From positions 81,530,001-81,594,000 of the forward strand of contig NC_043005.1 of NCBI RefSeq assembly GCF_006345805.1: a stretch of DNA of 64,000 nucleotides, given 5' to 3'. Numbering within the stretch: position 1 is the stretch's first letter; every line of letters begins with the position of its first letter. Below, piece after piece: positions 27,977-40,605 of the stretch. Below the pieces are notes generated by a model. That model saw nothing but the letters and a program-made list of their open reading frames with translations, searched no databases and had not been told where the DNA came from. The translations under genes were made by a program, and so were the position numbers. Origin of the DNA: Octopus sinensis. Taxonomy: Eukaryota.

Positions 27977-28493
27977 TGTAGCCGAAAAATTCAGCAATTA
28001 CTCGATATCACAATTTGCTAGGATATTGCCGACATGATCAACAAATTCTGACCAAACACAACATCGCGCCAAATAGGATCGCTTTCTTTTGGCGCCTTTT
28101 CTCCTGAACCTACCGTCCGGTATAAATACAGTACATCGTGACTATTAGACGTAGAACTTTGGGATGCAGCTGAGAGAGCAGTGACAGACACACTGTAGGA
28201 ATTGACAAAGTCGGATGACAGCAGCTGACAACTGAAAGGCAATGAACTGTCGGATAACGAACGACATTAGAAGTCAGTAGCCGGCAAGCAACTAACAACA
28301 CTTTAACTGCTCTGCAGCCACTACATCAAGAACAAAAACTCTCGACGTTTTGTCGTTCGTTGTAACAAGAACTGTCATTTCTTGTGTACGAAAAGAATAA
28401 ATTCTTGTTTATCAAAATCTCAACAGACTCCATTGTTCTTTTCTGTTCATAGCAAATAAACATGTATTGCTAATGTAAATCTTTTTCACTACA
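27977..28493 (+). mobile_element. Candidate solo LTR
   Basis: 517 bp bounded by TGTAG...CTACA, with TATAAATA at about 28121 and AATAAA downstream. No internal ORF and no TSD found. Confidence 0.5.
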
Positions 28494-29287
28494 TTAAACT
28501 GTGTTACTGCTTTCAAGATAAAATTTGAAGTAGATATTCTGAATATTGAAAGTAGTAATATGGAAAGAAAAAACAAAAACCGGAATATGATAACGGATAA
28601 ATGAGAGAACGGGGGTGAGAGAGAGAGTATCAGCTAGAAAGCGAATACGATGCAGCATGGTTAGTAACATGATTACGATCAGGAGTTATATAGAAAGGAA
28701 AAGGATAAGGAATCTATGTGGAAAAAGAAAGAGGGAGAAGTGGTTATATATGAAATAAAAATGCGGTAATTGGAAAAGACAGAAAAATGTCAGGAAATCC
28801 TTAGAGAAAAAGAAACTATTTTAGTTTCAAGAAATTATTGGATACAATATTTTTAATTTGTGAAGAATAGAGCATTCTTTAAGACTAATATGATTTTCTT
28901 AAAAAAACGTTCTGTATGATAAATGTACAGATGCTATTAGATACCTAACATACATGTTTTTAGTAATTAATTGCATTGATATATATTTCTAATAATAATA
29001 GTAATAATAATAATAATGATGATATATTAATTTTGAAATTGTTCTCTTCAGTCTACCTTTTAAAGTAAAAAATATAGAAATACAAGACAGTATTCGTAAA
29101 GACAAATTGTAAAGAAAATTCGTTTCTCTAAGAGAGGTTAAGGAGATGAATAATAAAACTGATTTCTTTATACAGACATACACATACATACGTACATATG
29201 CATGTATGCAGACATACATATATACATATTTATATATATATATATATATATATATCAATATATATATACATATATGTACACACACAC

Positions 29288-29353
<66 letters not shown>

Positions 29354-29738
29354 AGGCGAGCTAGTAATATCGTTTGTACGTCGAGCAAAATGTCTAACGA
29401 TATTTCTTGCAGCTGTTTAGTTTCTGAGTTCAAACCCCGTGACGGTCAACTTCCATCCCTCTAGTGTCAATAGAATTAAATACAAGTCAAGTACTGGACA
29501 TGTCTGTTCCTGCCCCACCCCTCTCAACAAGATCGCTAACCTTGAACTCTACAACGAACCATCATCCCGTTCATCGGAACGTTGTGGTCACTTATGCGTC
29601 ATAGAAACCGAGTTACCGACCTTGCGAATTCTAGGGATCATATAAGTGTGTGTATGTGAGTGTAAGAGAATATATATAAGAGAAAATAAGTTATGGGGAC
29701 ATAAGCCCACTAACACTGTTGTCAAAGGGTGATGAAGA

Positions 29739-29771
<33 letters not shown>

Positions 29772-29784
29772 CACACACACACAT

Positions 29785-29817
<33 letters not shown>

Positions 29818-30974
29818 CACGACTGGCTTCTTTCAGTTTCCGTCTTCTAATTCCACTCACAAGGCTCGAGGGTAAAGTAGAAGGCACTTGGTCAAGGTAT
29901 CATCTAGTAGGACTGAACCTGGAGCCATGAGGTTGGGAAACAAGCTCCTTACCACACAACCCCCCTACTCCTATATTTATTACATAACATCTATATTATA
30001 TAATATATATATAGATATGTATGTATATAAAACAGTATCCCTAAGACAATTACGCGCACACTCAGAAGGTATGACACGCACATTTTCATTAGAGAATGTT
30101 GGCATTCAGCTCTGATGTAACTTTTGATACTATGGACAATCATTCACGTTGAATGAATGATGTAACGACTAAATTGTACGCGTTGAATAAATGAACGTAG
30201 AACAACCCCGATATGAAACAACGTAATTTGAGACGACAAGAGTATGTAGGGAAGGAACTATAATAGTGGGGAAAGGAGAATAGGAATTTCATGAAATGAG
30301 GTTAAACGATGTTGAATGAACGTAAGAGAGAGCATGAAGAAGAGGATTTGTTTTTTATTTTAATGGTTTTAACAGTAAATTGTGTCGTCTCAGATATCAC
30401 CAGTCATTATTTGCATCTCTTGCTGACTGCTGTGGTCTCTCAAACCAACGTTGATTTTAACGTATAAATCTTATGTTATAAATGCTTGTGATATTTAGTG
30501 TAGTGAGCAACACAGCGTAATAAAATCATACTCTACTATTCTGTCCTCTTCTAGCAATAAATTAAATCCAAGCGATGTGTGAGGCGACCGACTCGCTATA
30601 AATAGTAGTGAAATACCTTCAATTGCTTTAAGATTAACCGATCTTAAATATTTATAGTTTATTATAACGAAGTTTGCTGATTTAGTGTGTTTTTGACTTG
30701 TTAACATGTCTCCCGCACTGCAATTGCTTTACTTTCAACACACAGTCTGAGGACAAATCGATAGCCAAGTAGGGCACCTATATAATCAAGGCTTCCACGC
30801 AGTTTTCGTCTATCAAATTCAGACAAAACATATCGGTTGGCTTAGGGATATAGACAAAGGACTCTACCTCAAGGGGTCTGCTGCACAGTACGACTGGACC
30901 CCAGACCACGAGATAGCAAAGCGAGCTTCTGAACCCCACAACAAGACCTTCGACAATCCTTATATTCAGAAGGA

Positions 30975-31336
30975 CAAGGCCTCAAATTTTGGGGGAAGGG
31001 ATTAAGTCGATTACATCAACCTCAGTACGTAACTGGTACTAATTTTATCGACTCCGAAAGGATGAAAGGCAAAGTCAACGTCGGTGGAATTCGAACTCAA
31101 GATCTGACGGCAGACGAAATACCTATTTTTTTACTACCCACAAGGGGCTAAACACAGAGAGGAAAAACAAGGACAGACAAACGGATTAAGTCGATTATAT
31201 CGACTCCAGTGAGTAACTGGTACTTATTAAATCGACCCCGAAAGGATGAATGGCAAAGTCGACCTCGGCGAAATTTGAACTCAGAACGTAGCGGCAGATG
31301 AAATATGGCTACACATTTCGCCGGCCTGCTAACGTT
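30975..31336 (-). mobile_element. SINE family A dimer (long-tail unit followed by short-tail body)
   Basis: Same junction at about 31121; the second body ends in a different tail. Confidence 0.8.
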
Positions 31337-32687
31337 TCTGCCAGCTCGCCACCTTATCTTCAATCATAGATGGTATGATGTCAAATGAGTGGTTTTCAAA
31401 TGAGCTGGGAGTGAGTGAGTGATTTAGCAGAAAGCCACTTCCACTAACCACGCTGTTACTGTCATGTGGTTACAAGTGTTTAGTGAAAGAGAGAGGTGAA
31501 ACCAAAAAGAATGAGAGAAATATTAATAATGTAAAGAAAGGAGTGGCAAGGTTGAAATATTTGTTGATCTAAGGGGTAGAAAGAAAAGGAGAGCCAGGAA
31601 AAGAGAGCGAGAGAAAGAGAGAGAGTGAAAGAAAGAAAGAAAGAAAAAGAGAGAGAGAAGGGGGAGAGGGAGAGAGACAGTGTTTAACTGTGGGAAATTC
31701 TAAAATCATTTTATGTATTATTATGACTGAAAGTGAAATTACAGAGCAAAATAGCTTTGGGCGTTATTTTTTAAACTTATAATGGAATTGAAATTAAATT
31801 GTTATTGTATATTTCTCTATCATTTATTGCACAGGTAACAATAAGATTTATTTGTAATATAAATGCAAATCATCTTGTCCTCCTTAAACAACACCTCTTA
31901 ATTCTTTTCGTTCTGTGGAATTTCTACAGGTTTTGCTTGTAATTATATATATTACCATATCCTCTTAGTTCAGTTAAACAAAAGAAAAAAAAAGAAAAAT
32001 TTGAAATACACAAGACATTTGCACAACCTGTCGCGCATTGGAACTGAAACATTAGACCTCGGGACTAAGAAATGAGCACCATAGCAACACAACCTTGCCT
32101 ACAGCTATAATACAATTCTAGAATTGGAAAATCGTTCATGAAATTAAATATGGTTCATTTTGTGAACTGGAATGATTTCTAAGAATTTTGTATTTACCAG
32201 TTATTCGAGGAATGTTCATGCATATTCAGCTGGTCGAAACTTCTAGCTAAATAAAATTAAATCCATATAAAGGGGTAGTAAAAGCAGGACGTTTGTGATA
32301 TACATTTTAACGTTTGAAATCTAACTGTGTATGAATTCCTTATCGCAAAATACAATTTTCCTTTAATTTGTATAACCTTGAAGAATATTAAGGAATACAA
32401 CTTACTATGACCCTTTTGCGGGGAGTACTTCTCAAACAAGAATGTTCTATAGAGTAGAATGTGCGTGTACACGTGTGAGTATGTGCATATATATATAATC
32501 AACTAATAAGGGTGAGAGAATTGGATACTAATTTAATAGTACATCCATTTAACACCAAGTGGCTTAGTGCATAAAAACCCGGAATACGATAAATTTTATA
32601 CATAAATATAAGAGAGTAACCACCATGTTCTATTTTTAGTGCTAGAGTCGACCACATGGTGGTTACTCTCTTATATTTATGTATAAT

Positions 32688-32753
<66 letters not shown>

Positions 32754-32773
32754 TATGTTTGTGTGTGTGTGTG

Positions 32774-32920
32774 TAATTGTTAAAGAGGACAGCAAACATT
32801 AAGGCAAGGCAAACACCTCAGGCCGTATACAATATTACTACTGGATTTTTTTCCAATAATAATATATACGACTTGAGATGTTTGCCTTACCTTAATGTTT
32901 GTTGTCCTCTTTAACAATTA
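32774..32920. repeat. 147-bp near-perfect palindrome
   Basis: taattgttaaagaggacagcaaacattaagg...ctgga / T6 loop / tccaataat...cttaatgtttgttgtcctctttaacaatta. Confidence 0.9.
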
Positions 32921-33107
32921 TATATCCGCTGCATCGGGAATGTGCAATGGCTCCATAACTACCGTCTCTCCCTGGAGCCCTAGTAATGCGTTACAGTACT
33001 TAAGTAGCATACCTAATCGTGTAGATTGCCTGTGAAGTAAAACCCATACTTTGTGTGTGTGTGCGTGTGTGCGTGTGCGTGCGTGTGTGTGTGTGTGTGT
33101 GTGTGTA

Positions 33108-33458
33108 TACATGGGGTGTAGATAAAAAGTCAGGTAATACTAAAAAAAGTCACCATTTTGTTTTAATCCCCTTCAAAGTATTCGCCTTAGGAGTCTATAC
33201 ACTTCTGCCAGCGTTCCTGCCACTGCTAGAAACTTTTCTGGAAATCACTTATTTGGATGCTGTAGAGATGCGCCGTTGAACCTTTCTTTTGAGCTTTAGG
33301 AATAGCTAAAAGTCACAGGGAGCAAAGTCTGGGATGTAGGAAGCCTGACGTACAAGTGGCGCGTTTTGCTTGACGGGGAATGCTTGGACGATGTAGGCAG
33401 AATGAGTAGGTGCGTTGTCATGGTGGAGTTGCCAGTCCATTGCTTCCTGTGGATCGGG
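33108..33458 (-). pseudogene. Mariner transposase relic, C-terminal catalytic part and one TIR
   Basis: WQLHHDNAPTHSAYIVQAF...ASYIPDFAPCDF*LFLKLK (cf. HDNA and YSPDLAP motifs). Ends at TACATGGGGTGTAGATAAAAAG next to TA. Confidence 0.85.
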
Positions 33459-35134
33459 ATTTATAATTTGAGATTTTTTTTTTTTTTTGCGGAGGGTGAA
33501 AGTGGTAACAAGAACAGGACAGTGAGAACAGAAAAAAAAGAAAAAGAAAAACAAACGGTGAGGGTTGTTAAGCCAAGACGATAGAAAAATTATTATGAAC
33601 GCTAGGAAGACGAGCTTAAGAAGGAGATATAAGCACGTTTAGTCTTCATGGATTATGTGGGTAGAAAAGTAGATTCTCTTTCGTCACGTGTCAGCGGCGA
33701 GAGAGTCGAGGAGGAGGAGTGAGAGAGAGGAAACGGTGAAGAGGAGAGGAGAATAGGGAAGAATAGGGAGTTCAAATTCCGCCGAGGTCGACTTTGCCTT
33801 TCATCCTTTCGGGGTCGATAAATTAAGTACCAGTTACGCACTGGGGTCGATGTAGTCGACTTAATCCCTTTGTCTGTCCTTGTTTGTCCCCTCTGTGTTT
33901 AGCCCTTGTGGGTAGTAAAGAAATATATATATATATATATATATAACATCATTAATATAATGTAGGTACATTCGCCTAAACAACTTGAATTTTCGTGTTG
34001 TAGTATTAAATGCCAAATTATATCGTATTAAGACTATCAAAACTTTGTCAACGGTATTTTTTTTTATTCCCGTTGAAATATTCAATTCTTTACTGGAGTC
34101 AAAATAGCAAAGACATGGTTGACAAGAATGTATTTTGTATGCACTTTAGTTCTTACCACTCTCCCATAGGGAAAAATACCCCATGCAGGAAGAAAGCTGC
34201 GTTGCATCAGAAGAAAGCGCAGACATAACTTCCGGCTTCCATAAAGTTCAAGTCTGCTGTTAGGCTATAATGTTTTCCATATCTGTTTTTACTATTCAAT
34301 ATGACTTGTGTTTTCAGGATGACTTGTGTTTTCAGAAGCACATGAAAATGTTATCCTCGGGCACTTAGAAAACATCAGAAATTACAGCTTTCAACGGTTT
34401 GGTTACTCTCTGTAGAACTACCTCTTATTTACTTTATAAGAATAGTAAAGTTCATTTTCAAATACTAAATTCACTCATATGTACACACGTAGACGCAGCG
34501 AACAAAACGGTGAGAGAGAAGGTGGAGGATGAGGAGGAGGCGTATGGTGAAAGAGCGGTTGTAGAGCGGGTGTAAAGAGGAAGGAGAAACATATAGAATC
34601 ACAATCATGCATGCACTCATACACATATATACCAACACAAGTATATATTCCAACAAATACGCTGTTAGTAACAGCTCCATGACCTCAGAAAAAGACACAC
34701 ATACGCTGAGAAAAGGAGATACGCACCGTAGGCATATTGCAACCACGTACATAGCTATAATTTGCTGTATTTTCATAAATAATGATGTTATATCGGATGG
34801 AAATAAAATACGAATAAATACGTAAAAAATATTTCCATTAAAATTATATTAAATAAATGTAAAAAAATATATAGAAATTCGTGATTTATGGAATATTAAA
34901 ATTTAACAATGTAAAATATTAAAAAATATATATTAATTCCCAATAATAATAATAAAAAACAAAAGATGAATTTTCAATATTACAGTATTAATAAAATGAA
35001 ATTAGTACTTTTTAGTGAACTGGAATAGGTCTCATTTGAGAAAGCGCATCAAAGAGTGATTGATTGAGAAAAAATAGAGATACGGATATACTGAAAAATA
35101 ATTAGCAAATAATAATCATTCGCAAATCGATATA

Positions 35135-35226
<92 letters not shown>

Positions 35227-36335
35227 CATATATGTATGTATGTATTTATGCATGGATGTTTATATTTGAGTGTGTCTATATAGAGGGTGCCTCCACTACT
35301 AAATTGCACATTTTAAAGCTGTTAACTCACTTGCTTTTAATTTCATTTTAGATTTAACCCATTAACGATAGGAAAGGGGGCTATTCTTAGCTTTGAACAA
35401 AAGAAATTGCTAGTCGATGTGCAAAAACAATTTAGGAGAGAGATGCAAATAGATCTGCCAACGCGACTTAACAACAATTCGAATGAGAGGTGAGTTTCAA
35501 TCCGATGCAACTATTGCGAACGGCTACAAAACTTTACCGGAAAACTGCTGACATCGGCGACCCCACAAACTAAGAAAGGCTACTGGAAACTGATTGCCAG
35601 AAATGAGGAAAATCTGTGCATCAAGCGAGTCGTGAGATAGTAACTTCAAAACAACTCTCCCTCTCTTGTTCTTCATCCTTTCTGCTTTTCTCTCTTACCC
35701 TTCCCTACTCTTCTCCTCCCCTCTTAACTGTTCCCTCTCTCTCTCACTCTTCCTCATTGACTCTCTCGTCGCTGACACGTGACGAAAGAAAATCTTTGTG
35801 CCCATTTCCTTCCTAAAGACATGTGATACCTGTCTCCTCTCATAAGCTCATCTTCCTAGCATTCATATTAATTTTTCTCTCGTATTTACTTAACAGTCCT
35901 CACCGTTTGTTTTTACTGTCTTGGCACCACTTTCACCCTCCTAAAAAAATCCCAAATTTTATTCAATTCGCTTTGCGAGAAGGACTGTTTCAACGAAGTC
36001 ACGTCTTGTCCTTGCCTTCGAAATGCGTGGAGTATGAAACAGGGACAACTGATGAAGGGGAATATTCTTTATGTTGTATGTCTCGTTTCTCTGGGGTTTT
36101 TTTGTTGTTCGAAAAAAAGTTATTTTTCTATGTTTTTGTTTTTATGTTTTCGTTTCTCATTGTGTTCTACGTCTTCTGATGTCCTGTACCCATATATGCA
36201 TGTATATATACATATATATGTAGGTATGTACATATATGTATGTATATATGCATATATTTACATATTATTTGTATTATTATATGATCGAACGCCACGCATC
36301 CTCTTCCAATTAAGTTTTATCTATCTATCTATCTA

Positions 36336-36371
<36 letters not shown>

Positions 36372-36721
36372 CTTAAATATATACTATATGTGTGTATCTA
36401 TGTTTGTACATGTTGAATGGCAGAGAAGAACTGAATATTTTAGAGAGAGAATTTGAGGGAGATAATAGTTTTTTTCTAGCAATGTGCAGTGGTTTTATGG
36501 TGATGTGCAGTTGTGAGTTTCAGTTCAAAGGTGATGACCATTTTAACCTATGAATTGGAGTTTAACACCAAAAGTTCACGTTTCTTGTAATGTCATTAAC
36601 AAAATTTCAATAATTGGATTACGTCAATATTTCCCCGTGAATCTTAGGCATTCTTCAAATACCTGCGTATTGTCTCCTTCATTAAATGCAAGCATAGAGT
36701 CCAACTGAAAAGGAATTGATT

Positions 36722-37320
36722 ACAGAGACAGAGAGAGAGAGGGAGGGAGGGAGAGAAAGAGGGAGGGAGGGAGAGAAAGAGGGAGATGGAGTAAGAGGGA
36801 GGGAGACGGAAAGAGAAAAACAGGGAAATAGAGAAGGAGAGAGACAAAGAGGGAGAGGGAGAAGGAGGGAGGAAGACGGAGAGAGAGAAACAGGGGAATA
36901 GAGAAGGAGAGAGAGAAAGAGGGAGATAAAAAAGGAGAGGGAGAAGGAGGGAGATAGATGAGAGGGAGAAGGAGGGAGGGAGACGGAGAGAGAGAAACAG
37001 GGGAATAGAGAAGGTGAGAGAGAGAAAGAGGGAGATAGAGAAGGAGAGGGAGAAGGAGGGAGGGAGACGGAGAGAGAGAAACAGGGGAATAGAGAAGGAG
37101 AGAGAGAAAGAGGGAGATAAAGAAGGCGAGGGAGAAAGAGAGAGATAAAGAAGGCGAGGGAGACGGAGAGAGAGAAACGGGGAAATGGAGACGGAGTGAG
37201 AAGGAAAGAAATCGGGATGGAAAGAGAAAGGAAGAGAGAGAGAGAGATGGGGAGAGTGAGAAAGAAAGAGAAAGAAGGGGAGGGGAGAGGAATTGTAGAT
37301 TATAACTAGAGATAGACAAA
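36722..37320. repeat. Purine-rich (GA) tract with higher-order repeat units
   Basis: gacggagagagagaaacaggggaatagagaagg recurs several times. Confidence 0.85.
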
Positions 37321-37725
37321 GAAAGTAAGAAACGTAAGAGCGAAGAAGAATGACGCCTCAGCAAATTGCTTCAGAGCCATTATGCAACCTCCACGTAATC
37401 CTTAAATTAGAAGATTCCATCTGTGTTTTAAGATTGTGTATATTGTTATCATTATGAAGAAGGCCAGCTGAGGTCGATGTAATCGACTCCTCCACCCTCG
37501 TCGTTACCATTACTGGCCTTCGAAAAAGTGGCGAGCTGGCAGAATTGTTAACGCTCTGGATGAAATGCTTAGCGGTATTTCGCCCGAAGCTACGTTCTGA
37601 GGTCAAATGCCGCCGAGGTCGACTTTGCTTTTCTTCCTTTCGGTTTCGATAAAATACGTACCGGCTGAAAACTGGGGTCGATGTAATCGACTCGTCCCCA
37701 CCTCCCCCTTGTGGCAAAAATTTGA

Positions 37726-37763
<38 letters not shown>

Positions 37764-37801
37764 TAGCAGTAGTAATAATAATAATAATAATAATAATGAG
37801 G

Positions 37802-37837
<36 letters not shown>

Positions 37838-38105
37838 ATTATTATTATTATTATTAGTAGTAGTAGTAGTCGATAAAACAGGTACCATTTTGAGTTTAGG
37901 GGTTCATGTGATCGACTAGCCCCTTCCTACAAAATTGCAAGCCTTGTGTCTAAATCGACTAAAGCCTCTTCTTGAGTTGCTGGCTTGACGCAAAAATTAT
38001 TGTGACTTAACCAAAATCATTCCGAATTTGATAGATATATCACGAAAACCCTTCTCAAAGCTCCGACAATCACATATTTTGATTCATACAGCATACAAGT
38101 AGGAC

Positions 38106-39220
38106 CGGATCTTTTCTTTTTGATGGACGGGATTTTCTAGTTAACTAAACAATTTGAAACTTCGTATATTTGTAGAATGTGTCAAAAGAAAACATTATTG
38201 TAAACAAAATTGAAAACAAAATTGTAATTTGTAACTTTAACGTAGTTTAATTCTTCGAATTTTAACCAATGAAATCCTAGCATTCGAGCTCAGATCATTT
38301 GCTGCGTCTAAAAACTCACACACACACACACACGCGCCTTATTCATCCTTCTCGCTTCTGTCTTCTGCTAGAAATAACAGCTATATCTCTTAAATCGATG
38401 ATTTTCGTCGCCCAATAAAAATATTGACGATATTTTTTGAATATTTTCTTTATTTTTTTTTACCGAAAGGCTTCTCCCATGGTTTTGAAGGGCCAGAAAC
38501 AACAAAAACAAAACGATAATATGCCTAAAGCGGTCTAGAATTTGCGCGTGGAGTGTGAGTTGTATTGTAAAAATTTGCGAAATATTTTTTCATAAAAGGA
38601 TGCCCCAGCTTGTCGGAAGCTGTGATATAAATTGGGAAAAAAATCCTCGACACCAGTGCGTAATTGGTACTTAATTTATCGACCCCCAAACGATGAAACA
38701 TTGACCCCACCTTCTGGTTTATTTACCTTTTGTGTAAATTTGTTGCGGCAAGGGGCAACTCACGAACGTGTATGTATGCTTGTGTGTGTATGTATATCTC
38801 CGTTTGTATGTGTGTGTGTGTACGCTTATATATTAATTACTATGTGCTTGTGCAAATGTATATGCATGTGTTTGAGAGAGAGAGTAACAGAGAGTGTGTG
38901 TGTGTGTGCAAGTGTACGTGTGTATGTATCTGAATATGTGTGTGTGTATGCGGCATGCGTCTGCTATATTTCTTTATCAATATCAATAACGCAGCAAATG
39001 ATTTGAGCTCAAATGCTCGGATTTCATTGGTTAAAATTCGAAGATGCTGGGATTTCATTGGTTAAAATTCGAAGAATTAAACTACGTTAAGTTACAAATT
39101 ACAATTTTGTTTTCAATTTTGTTTACAATAATGTTTTCTTTTGACACATTCTACCAGTATACGAAGTTTCAAATTTTTTAGTTAACTAGAAAATTCCGTC
39201 CATCAAAAAGAAAAGATCCG
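38106..39220. mobile_element. Non-autonomous DNA transposon with about 200-bp TIRs and a 6-bp TSD (TAGGAC)
   Basis: 38106-38307 is the reverse complement of 38989-39220 with few mismatches; the right arm has a 31-bp tandem duplication at 39013-39074. TAGGAC lies at 38100-38105 and 39221-39226. Confidence 0.8.
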
Positions 39221-39379
39221 TAGGACCTTATCCAATCTGTATCGACATCGGTTATGACTTAGGAGAGATTTAACTGCTATTTTAGCAGACCGAATAACCG
39301 ACTAGATTCTTCCTTCAGTTATGTGCTGATGTAGGCGTTGGTTGAGTGATATCTACGTGTTGGAATATGATTGCATTTC

Positions 39380-39411
<32 letters not shown>

Positions 39412-40379
39412 TGTGTGTGTGTGGCTAATCAATCAACTCTGCAATTTTCCCATAAGATTAACAGATATTAGACACTTAATCTTTTTACTCTATACTAATT
39501 CGTGTGAATCTGGAAATATTCAAAATCTATTCACGTACATGAAATCGTGTTGTATCATCCCGTATTTCTCGATGAAAGTGACGAAATCGTTGATTCTTTA
39601 AAGCACCTGGAGGTACTTGTTTCTCCGTCACTCTGTGTTCAAATACAACTGAGGTCAACTTTGTCTTGCTTCATCATTTTGGTGTTAAATAAAGAAAAAA
39701 GCACCAGTTCAGCGTGGGTGGGCGTTTGGTGTATTCGTTGGAACGTCGGACTAGATGCTGAAAAGAATCAATTTGAATCCAGATTGTATTCCATCAGCAA
39801 TGTCTAAGACGAGTGCCAAGGTGTGTGAGCCTTAAAATAATCGCCTTTTGGTTGGACAATATAAGTGAAGGCGCAACTGCCTTGTCCACTCCTGCGCACA
39901 GAGATGGATTCAACTGTGCAAAACCTGATCGTGAGCCCTAGATTCAAATTTGATCGTAGGCAAATCCAAACCTGACCGTAGGCAAACAACTTTGAGTGGT
40001 TTCTTAAGGAGGTTTCTATTGATCCAAGCATTAAGAAATTCTGTCGGTGGAAACTGTACGGATATCCTACAGAATGATTTTATAATTCATTGCTTGTTAG
40101 TTTTAATACATGCTCCGATTTAATACCACTACTTTAAGAGCGCGACCCAACACTTGCAAACGACCACAGGAACCAGTTCTTATTGCGTTGTGGTGGCTTA
40201 TGTGCCTCTATAACTGAGAGAGGTATGGCAGAGAAGTGCAACGCAAGCTCCTGTGGGGGCCTTCAGTGCTGTTCAGGCCAAAGGATGGAGGCCAGGCTAA
40301 TAGGGACCATCTCTTTTCAGGAGTAAAAATGAGTATGCATACGGCCATTGTCCTTTCTTAGAAAAATCTAAATTTACAA

Positions 40380-40605
40380 AAGCGTCGACTTAGGAGAGAA
40401 AAGCGTTCTCTCGGGGAAACATATGTCCCAAAGGAAAACATTAGCGAGGACGCCCTAAAAATAGCCGCAAGAGGGATGCTGTGGAAGTGTTAAAACAGTA
40501 GGGATCCAATTGGGAAGAAACCGAAAAAGACAGCCCAGAATCAAGGACAAAGTAGAAAAGTCATCTATGGTTTATGTCCCATGAGGATCGAAGGGTTAAA
40601 GAAAC
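40380..40605 (+). mobile_element. RTE-clade LINE 3' end relic
   Basis: ...KGKH*RGRPKNSRKRDAVEVLKQ*GSNWEETEKTAQNQ...YGLCPMR resembles the RTE C-terminus GKRxRGRPKxTW...AQDR...GLCS. Confidence 0.55.
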
